From positions 11,086 to 21,681 of the forward strand of contig CAZJVM010000042.1 in the NCBI GenBank assembly GCA_964549305.1: a stretch of 10,596 nucleotides of DNA, in the 5' to 3' direction. Made by a program: the position numbers and the translations under genes. Each line of letters opens with the position of its first letter. Position 1 is the stretch's first letter. This document shows positions 1-5,782 of this stretch, in pieces. The notes beneath the pieces are model-generated. The model saw only the letters and a list, made by a program, of their open reading frames with translations, did not search any database and had not been told where the DNA came from. The DNA is from an uncultured bacterium (GTDB lineage: Bacteria; Schekmanbacteria; GWA2-38-11; J061).

Positions 1-352
1 CCCAGGCACTGTAAATATCAGAAATTCTGTCATCACCACCGTAAGTATCTCTCACATCGCGAAAATAATCCTTGATTCCAGTGCCGTCTATATCCCTCTC
101 CACTCTTCCGTTTACATATGTCTCAAGATTTTCAAGCCCGTATCCTTCGCTTTTTAAGGTAATATACTGGAAAAAATCGTGGTCAACATCGTTTGTCCTT
201 ATATCCTTGAACCTTGCGGATCTGAAATCATAGATGCTTCGCATATCAAGACTGAAACTTTTTGCAAAAATTTCATAAGGGAACAGTAAAGATGAGAAAA
301 TTAGCAGGATAAAAACGCCAAAAAATATATTAAATCTAATTTGCCTGTTCAT
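1..352 (-). CDS. Partial CDS (N-terminal 117 aa, runs off window edge): exported protein, probable outer-membrane beta-barrel (porin-like)
   Basis: Hand translation from ATG at 352 is open to the window edge: MNRQIRFNIFFGVFILLIFSSLLFPYEIFA-KSFSLDMRSIYDFRSARFKDIRTNDVDHDFFQYITLKSEGYGLENLETYVNGRVERDIDGTGIKDYFRDVRDTYGGDDRISDIYSAW. It has a Sec-type signal peptide followed by amphipathic aromatic-rich strand-like segments separated by Asp/Gly-rich loops. The beta-barrel call is inference. Not in the ORF track because there is no stop in the window. Confidence 0.72.
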   Translation of the reverse strand, partial: MNRQIRFNIFFGVFILLIFSSLLFPYEIFAKSFSLDMRSIYDFRSARFKDIRTNDVDHDFFQYITLKSEGYGLENLETYVNGRVERDIDGTGIKDYFRDVRDTYGGDDRISDIYSAW

Positions 353-388
353 AGAAAATGAGAAAATACTTAAAATATTTAAGCTCGT

Positions 389-417
389 TATATAGCAGAG
401 GAAGGGTGCTTTGTAAA
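389..417 (-). promoter_or_regulatory. Candidate sigma70 promoter for the beta-barrel gene
   Basis: Minus strand TTTACA (417-412), 17 nt spacer ending TGC, then TATATA (394-389). It lies just downstream of the terminator. The -10 lacks the conserved final T. Confidence 0.35.
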
Positions 418-440
418 GTAAAATATCTGCCAAATATCAC

Positions 441-475
441 AAAAAAAAGCCGCCGGACTGAACTCCGGCGGCTTT
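441..475 (-). terminator. Rho-independent terminator after the IPT/EB_dh gene
   Basis: Minus strand AAAGCCGCCGGA-GTTCAG-TCCGGCGGCTTT-TTTTT: perfect 12-bp inverted repeat (446-457 / 464-475) with a GC-rich core and a run of 8 U, starting about 25 nt after the stop at 500. Confidence 0.92.
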
Positions 476-499
476 CGAGTACTTTCTTATCCTTTAAGA

Positions 500-2089
500 C
501 TACTGAATAAGCAGTGTCTTAAGGTTGCTTCCCTTGTGGTTTATACCCGAGCTGTCGGTTACCGCAATACCAAAGTTGTAAGTCTTGCCTGATTCAAACT
601 TGACATCTTTCGAATCTCCGGTGTCAAATTTTCTTTTGATTACAACCGTCCATGCACCATTACTGTAGCTTGAACCGGAAACCAGGTCGCCATTACTTCC
701 TTCTGCAACCTTGTCATCATTGTAAATTGACCTTCTTACGGTAAGTGTGCTCGTTGTAGGCAGTGATACCTCTTTGCTTGAACTGAATACCGTAACAGTG
801 TGTGTAATATCTGAAGTATCTGTAACAACAACCGTAGAAGTCAGAGACCCGACGTCTGCCGCAAACCACTTGCCTTCATTATCATCCCATACGGCAAGGT
901 CGCCTGAGAGCCAAAGGTCTCCGACACCGTAATATGCGCCGTCACCATAAAGCTTGCTTGCAAGTATAACGTCAGACTGGTCTTTACCGCTTGCAGGCGT
1001 CCAGATATACATAGGTCCTGGTGTTCCGTCATTTTTGCTTGTCAAATCATCGCCGTCGCCACCGCGTTTCGCGGGACCTACGATACTCTGGTCTTCGGCA
1101 AGGTTAAGAGGTGCGGACCTTCCCGCTTTCCAGTGCCATACATCAAAAGCACCGCCTGCGGGCGCTGCCATATCAGCTCCGTCCTTATCGAATTCCCTGT
1201 CAGCATGACATTGAGAACAATTGTCATCTACGCCTGATGAGATATGAACAAATGATGAGCCCGGATCCGTATCGGAATTGGGATGACATACTCCACAGCT
1301 TGAAATCGTATCTGTTGTGTTGGTTACAACCTGTTTGCCTGTATCAACAAGATGGCAGGTCATAGCGCAACCTGCCTGCGCAAATGTTTTGCCTTCTCTT
1401 CCGGCAACATCTGTAATGGGGAACATCATATACCATCTGTCTTCGTTGCCTGATTTTGTCCATGATGTTGTTGTTACAGCAGGGTCATAAGTCCAGATAT
1501 TATGCGTATTGCTTTCTGAAGTATCAGCCCACTTTGCTCTTACATAGAGATAATTGTCATCGTGCGCTGCCTGAAGGGTAATAGTCACGAGCTCATCTTT
1601 AAGTGCTCCGTGACCGCCGGTTGCGGGATTGCCGGTTGTCAAAATATCCGTTCCCTTTATGCTATCCCATCCTGCGGCACTAACGCTTCCAAGATCTGAC
1701 GTCGTCGAACCTGCAACGACATCAGCGCTTGATTTAACAGTAAACTTCTTTTTGTTGGATTTCTTTTTTCCGATTTTAACCTGTACCTTCCTTTTACCGG
1801 CATCTGCGCTTGAATCGATGGTAAAATTCGCTTTCAGCTTTTTTGCTGACGCTTTTGTTACCTTCGCCTTTACACCACTACCGCTCACGATAATCTTGTT
1901 TTTTGATTTCTTCTTGCTGAATTTTTTTCCCTTGATTGTAACTTTCACCACTTCGCCCTGTGTACCCTTAGAAGGTGAAATTTTTTTAATATTTGGTTTC
2001 TTCGCCGCTGATGCAGGGGAAATAAGAAAAACAGATACTACAAGAAATGCAAAGATGCTGAACAACGACACTATCTTTTTACTTCGCAT
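500..2089 (-). CDS. Exported mosaic heme protein: signal peptide + Lys-rich IPT/TIG Ig-like domain + ethylbenzene dehydrogenase gamma-like (EB_dh/DOMON) heme-binding domain with inserted c-heme motifs
   Basis: 529 aa; RBS GGAGGA; signal peptide ending ASA-A. IPT pattern PNIKKISPSKG..G..VKVTIKGKKF...SN...FTV (aa 32-118). EB_dh-type motifs LQAAHDDNYLYVRAKWAD, EDRWYMMF, GCAMTCH, DVWHWKAGRS, WTVVIKRKFDTG..KDV.F..GKTYNFGIAV.D..H. Extra CGVCH and CSQCH motifs. Confidence 0.85.
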   Translation of the reverse strand: MRSKKIVSLFSIFAFLVVSVFLISPASAAKKPNIKKISPSKGTQGEVVKVTIKGKKFSKKKSKNKIIVSGSGVKAKVTKASAKKLKANFTIDSSADAGKRKVQVKIGKKKSNKKKFTVKSSADVVAGSTTSDLGSVSAAGWDSIKGTDILTTGNPATGGHGALKDELVTITLQAAHDDNYLYVRAKWADTSESNTHNIWTYDPAVTTTSWTKSGNEDRWYMMFPITDVAGREGKTFAQAGCAMTCHLVDTGKQVVTNTTDTISSCGVCHPNSDTDPGSSFVHISSGVDDNCSQCHADREFDKDGADMAAPAGGAFDVWHWKAGRSAPLNLAEDQSIVGPAKRGGDGDDLTSKNDGTPGPMYIWTPASGKDQSDVILASKLYGDGAYYGVGDLWLSGDLAVWDDNEGKWFAADVGSLTSTVVVTDTSDITHTVTVFSSSKEVSLPTTSTLTVRRSIYNDDKVAEGSNGDLVSGSSYSNGAWTVVIKRKFDTGDSKDVKFESGKTYNFGIAVTDSSGINHKGSNLKTLLIQ

Positions 2090-2143
2090 AAAAGTCCTCC
2101 AAAGAGTTAGTTGGTTTTTATAAATTTCTGAATTATTCGCTTA

Positions 2144-2173
2144 ATGATAATCGGAATCAACGGCTATCGTCAA
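2144..2173 (-). promoter_or_regulatory. Candidate internal sigma70 promoter for the IPT/EB_dh gene
   Basis: Minus strand TTGACG (2173-2168), 18 nt spacer, TATCAT (2149-2144), preceded by an AT-rich UP-like tract, about 55 nt upstream of the ATG. Confidence 0.55.
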
Positions 2174-2231
2174 GAAAAAAAGAAATATAAATTATTTTAT
2201 TAAAGGTATGCGGCAAACCGCGTAATCAATC

Positions 2232-3452
2232 CTATTTGAGGTATTCCACTATGTCTTTTAATTCAGACGCATTCATTAGAGGCCACGATATCCCCTTGTC
2301 CTTCATCTTGTTCCTCATCTGAGGACCGTGATTCCACATGGCCCAAGCCATATAGATTGAAGATACCTCACTTTCTTCCAGAGGAATCTTTATCTTTTCT
2401 GCCTGCACCGTTTTACCAGTTGTGTGGCAAATGGTACATTTTTTAGTTGTGAATGCATTTTTTCCGCGACGAGCGCTTCCCCGAGATTCAACATACTTGA
2501 GACTGAAAAGATAAGCTATGAGGTCGGACATTTCTTCAGGAGAAAACCGACTGCTTCGCCTTCCTATATTCGCCCCGCTTGCAATCATCTGAGGGGCGTG
2601 GTTCCAGATAAGGCCTGCAAGCTGTGATATTGTACCGCTTTCATTTTTCTTTTGTACAAGGCGCCTCGAAAGGTCAGGCGCGCTTCCGCCTCCTCTTCCT
2701 GAAACAGAATGGCAGTTTGCGCATCCTTTTTTTCTGAATATATTTCTTCCTTCAGAAGGACTTCCCGGAGTGAGATATTCTTTTTCAGCACTGCCTGAAA
2801 CTTCCTTTACATATGCCACAAGATCAACCATTTCACTTCCGGAAAAAACCGGCCATCTGATTCCCGAATCTTTCATAGCGCTTCTCATATCGGAAGCGTG
2901 GTTGAGCATAAGAGACGCCCACACAACAGGACTCGAGTATTTGCCCCAGGTAGTCAATTCCGGACCTACCCTACCCCCTTCGCCTCTGAGCGTATGGCAG
3001 GCTCCGCATTTTTTTGCCTTGAACACCCTTTCACCGTTTTTCGAGCTTCCTATTTCAATATTCGAGCGCATGAAAACGAGAAAGGCAAAAATGTCGGACA
3101 TTTCTTTCTGCGATATGCTTTCATCCGTTGCCTTCTTCAAAATTCTGTGCTCGAGCATTACCGGGGCGTGATTCCACATTCCCGCGGCAAGAGCGCTTTC
3201 GGAAATATTCGTCCTGCTTCCTTCGCGCGTTACAAGTTCGGGACCTTCCTTCCCGCCTTCACCCCAAATAGAATGGCATGTAATACACCCCTTATTATAA
3301 AAGGATTCCCAACCTGATGAGGGGTCGCCTTTTAAAAGACCTGTCTGCGCCTTTGCAATACCAAAGGAAAGGGCAAACAAGATGAAGAAGGAAAGAAAAA
3401 ATATTGCCGCAGTTCTGATACCCGTTATTTTATTCATAATTCTGAATTTCAT
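2232..3452 (-). CDS. Exported tetraheme c-type cytochrome made of four tandem class I-like cytochrome c domains
   Basis: Four CxxCH motifs (CITCH 3273-3287, CGACH 2994-3008, CANCH 2709-2723, CTICH 2424-2438) spaced 93-95 aa apart. Each is followed by an (M/I)(W/L)NHxxxM motif and an E(M/L)xDxxx(Y/F)(L/V) terminal helix. N-terminal hydrophobic signal ending AKA-Q. ATG at 3452, 1 nt after the upstream stop, is preferred over GTG at 3464; ATG at 3437 is also possible. Confidence 0.9.
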   Translation of the reverse strand: MKFRIMNKITGIRTAAIFFLSFFILFALSFGIAKAQTGLLKGDPSSGWESFYNKGCITCHSIWGEGGKEGPELVTREGSRTNISESALAAGMWNHAPVMLEHRILKKATDESISQKEMSDIFAFLVFMRSNIEIGSSKNGERVFKAKKCGACHTLRGEGGRVGPELTTWGKYSSPVVWASLMLNHASDMRSAMKDSGIRWPVFSGSEMVDLVAYVKEVSGSAEKEYLTPGSPSEGRNIFRKKGCANCHSVSGRGGGSAPDLSRRLVQKKNESGTISQLAGLIWNHAPQMIASGANIGRRSSRFSPEEMSDLIAYLFSLKYVESRGSARRGKNAFTTKKCTICHTTGKTVQAEKIKIPLEESEVSSIYMAWAMWNHGPQMRNKMKDKGISWPLMNASELKDIVEYLK

Positions 3453-3453
3453 A

Positions 3454-3702
3454 TTATTTTTCACTCTTATCCCTGCATATTCCGAAGTAAATCGTTGTAA
3501 CTACTGAGCCTAAAATAAGAAAAAGAGGAATTGCTATCATTCCTACTATTTTGGCAAATGGCACCGCGGGGTCCTGCCATTCCACAGCAAAAAAATAACA
3601 GTTTAAAACAAATATTATGATTCCGCTCACAAAACACCACATAAACATCATTATTAAAAACTGCATAATCTTTGATATGTTATCGATTTTTTTCTCTTCC
3701 AT
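3454..3702 (-). CDS. Small membrane protein with two transmembrane helices (hypothetical accessory subunit)
   Basis: 82 aa from ATG 3702 (purine-rich AAAGGAAG upstream; the ORF track starts at TTG 3708). Two long hydrophobic segments (IMQFLIMMFMWCFVSGIIIFVLNCYFFAV; IVGMIAIPLFLILGSVVTTIYFGI). It fills the gap between nrfD and the tetraheme gene. Confidence 0.8.
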   Translation of the reverse strand: MEEKKIDNISKIMQFLIMMFMWCFVSGIIIFVLNCYFFAVEWQDPAVPFAKIVGMIAIPLFLILGSVVTTIYFGICRDKSEK

Positions 3703-3729
3703 AACCAATTACTTCCTTTCAGGATTACC

Positions 3730-5085
3730 TCACGCTTTTTCAGATTCCCCATCAAAATGAGTGACATAGGAATCCACTCTCTCTCTGACTTCGTCCGCGC
3801 CCTTCTCCCGTCCTTCCCTGATTTCCCATATGGAAACCATAGGAAAAAATTTAGTAAAAAGCACGTAAAGCAGAAGGAAAAACGCGAAGGATGCGGCAAG
3901 TTCCGAAAATTCAACCCACGTCGGATAATAACTGCCTCTATCGTAAGGAAGACGCGGATTTACGAGAGTAGGGACAATGATACAGAATCTTTCAAGCCAC
4001 ATACCTATCGTAACGGAAAACGACGCAATTACCGTTCCCGTGATTGTACGGGTTTTGCTGTTGCACAGTATCGTAAAGGGAATGACAAAACAGGTTATCA
4101 CCATTGCCCAGAATTCGGGTGCATACCGCCCGTTGAACTTTTCCCAAAAAACCGCCATATGCGCCGGTTCCGCACCGTAGTATGTAGTAATGTACTCGCA
4201 GAAGGTAAAATAGAACCAGAGCAGTGTCATAACAAGAAGAAGAATTCCCATATAGTCGAAATGAATCGGCTTGAAATAAGACTCAAGCTTGAACGCCTTT
4301 CTCAGTATTGCCATTCCGATTATGAGCGCGGCAATTCCGGAAAAAATCGCGCCTGCCACGAAAAACGGTCCGAATATGGTGCTGTGCCACATTGGCTGGA
4401 CAGTCATCGAAAAAACATAAGATATAACCGTATGCACCGATATAGCTACGGGAATAACGAGAATTGCCATCACAGCTATGAGCCGCTCGAGAATTCTCCA
4501 CTGCCTTTCCGTACCTCTCCATCCCATTGCAAGTATCGTATAGAAAAGTTTGAACTTGTTTGTCTTGTCCCTTACGATTGCTATATCGGGAATCAGGGGG
4601 ATATAAAGATAAATCGAACTTGCCGTCAGATATGTGGAGATGCTTATCATATCCCATAAAAGTGGCGACTGAAATCTTCCGTACAGGAGAGGATTCATCA
4701 GTCTGTCAGGTCTTCCCATATCAACGATAATATTTCCCAAACCGATAAAAATCACCATAACGGTTATAACCTCGGCAGACCTCGTTATGGCGCGTCTCCA
4801 TTCTGCCTGCGCGATTCTAAGTATGGCGGAAATAAGAGTGCCTGCATGGCTGATTCCGATAAAGAACACAAAATTCGTAATATAAATTCCCCAGTAGGTG
4901 GGACGGTTCATCCCCGTCATTCCCAATCCCCACCTAAGCTGGCAAAAATAGGCGAATGCGCCCCATGCTATCACCGCAAGGAGTACTCCCACGGTCACAT
5001 AAAAGCCCTTGCCTGTATTAATTACCGGTTCAAGCAATAAATCATCAGGGTCTTTAAACTTCGAATGTATTTTTTCCTCAGCCAT
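3730..5085 (-). CDS. nrfD: NrfD/PsrC-family quinone-interacting membrane subunit (ActC/QrcD-like, about 10 TM)
   Basis: 451 aa, highly hydrophobic. Family motifs GMNRPTYWGIYITNFVFFIGISHAGTLISAIL, WRRAITRSAE, DMGRPDR, SPLLWD, SVHTV, PMWHSTIFGPFFVAGAIFSG, GMWLERF.IIVP, YYPTWVE. Lies 3 nt after the Fe-S gene stop. Confidence 0.95.
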   Translation of the reverse strand: MAEEKIHSKFKDPDDLLLEPVINTGKGFYVTVGVLLAVIAWGAFAYFCQLRWGLGMTGMNRPTYWGIYITNFVFFIGISHAGTLISAILRIAQAEWRRAITRSAEVITVMVIFIGLGNIIVDMGRPDRLMNPLLYGRFQSPLLWDMISISTYLTASSIYLYIPLIPDIAIVRDKTNKFKLFYTILAMGWRGTERQWRILERLIAVMAILVIPVAISVHTVISYVFSMTVQPMWHSTIFGPFFVAGAIFSGIAALIIGMAILRKAFKLESYFKPIHFDYMGILLLVMTLLWFYFTFCEYITTYYGAEPAHMAVFWEKFNGRYAPEFWAMVITCFVIPFTILCNSKTRTITGTVIASFSVTIGMWLERFCIIVPTLVNPRLPYDRGSYYPTWVEFSELAASFAFFLLLYVLFTKFFPMVSIWEIREGREKGADEVRERVDSYVTHFDGESEKA

Positions 5086-5088
5086 TAA

Positions 5089-5772
5089 TTATTCACCCTC
5101 TGAAAGATAAAAAACCTTTGGTTCTGTTCCCAAATCCTCGAGAAGTATTTTTACGCGCCTGCTTTTTGATAAAGTGAATACCTTGTGTTCAGGATTATCA
5201 AGGTCGCCGAAATAGATTGCTTTTGCCGGACATACTTCAGCGCAGGCAGGGACATAATCATCTTCTCTCATTTTCCGTTTCTCAAAACTTGCTTTATCCT
5301 TTGCTTTCTGAAGACGGTGATGGCAAAATGTACATTTCTCAACAACCCCTTTTGGTCTGATTGATACATCAGGATTAAACATCGCCTTCATCTCATCGGG
5401 CCATTCGGGGACAAACCAGTTAAAATACCTCACTGTATAAGGGCATGCCGCAGTACAATATCTGCATCCGATACATCTTGCGTAAACCTGCCCGACTATT
5501 CCGCCTTCTCCCTTGTAGGTCGCTCTCACGGGGCAAACCTTTATACAGGGCGGTTCATCACAGTGCAGACAGGGTCTTGGAAGAAGCTTCTTTTTTATCT
5601 CAGGATATTCCTCTTCCTGCTCTATAATAAAATCCATCCACCGTATTGACCTTCCGACTTTGTACCAGTCCGGATTTGAGGGGGCAACGTTGTTTTCCGA
5701 TACGCAGGCAACAGCGCACGCACCGCATCCGCTGCATTTATCAAGGTCTATGACCATACCCCATCTTGCCAT
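5089..5772 (-). CDS. 4Fe-4S dicluster-domain electron-transfer subunit (NrfC/PsrB/QrcC/ActB2-like), four clusters
   Basis: 227 aa beginning MARWGMVIDLDKC. Four Cys groups, 16 Cys in total: CSGCGACAVAC, CLHCDEPPCIKVCP, CIGCRYCTAACP, KCTFC...PACAEVCP. C-terminal FGDLDNP and GTEPKVFY. No signal peptide of its own, so probably co-exported with the Tat partner. Confidence 0.96.
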   Translation of the reverse strand: MARWGMVIDLDKCSGCGACAVACVSENNVAPSNPDWYKVGRSIRWMDFIIEQEEEYPEIKKKLLPRPCLHCDEPPCIKVCPVRATYKGEGGIVGQVYARCIGCRYCTAACPYTVRYFNWFVPEWPDEMKAMFNPDVSIRPKGVVEKCTFCHHRLQKAKDKASFEKRKMREDDYVPACAEVCPAKAIYFGDLDNPEHKVFTLSKSRRVKILLEDLGTEPKVFYLSEGE

Positions 5773-5782
5773 AAATTATCCC

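Noticed and set aside
2207-2224. Hairpin TATGCGG-CAAA-CCGCGTA as terminator of the respiratory operon
   Set aside because: On the transcribed minus strand only 4 contiguous pairs form before a C-A mismatch, and no U-tract follows directly.
747-3317. Short alternative-frame ORFs (747-932, 841-1032, 954-1208, 1111-1365, 1629-2123, 2424-2627, 2585-2791, 2770-3171, 2898-3317)
   Set aside because: All overlap strongly supported minus-strand genes and lack recognisable motifs; treated as shadow ORFs.
3757-4659. 300-aa plus-strand ORF
   Set aside because: Entirely antisense to the well-supported nrfD gene. No recognisable motifs; long antisense frames are common opposite hydrophobic membrane genes.
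5320-5334. CTFCH in the Fe-S protein as a heme c site
   Set aside because: These Cys are the first half of the fourth Fe-S binding group (KCxxC...PACxxxCP) typical of NrfC/PsrB proteins.
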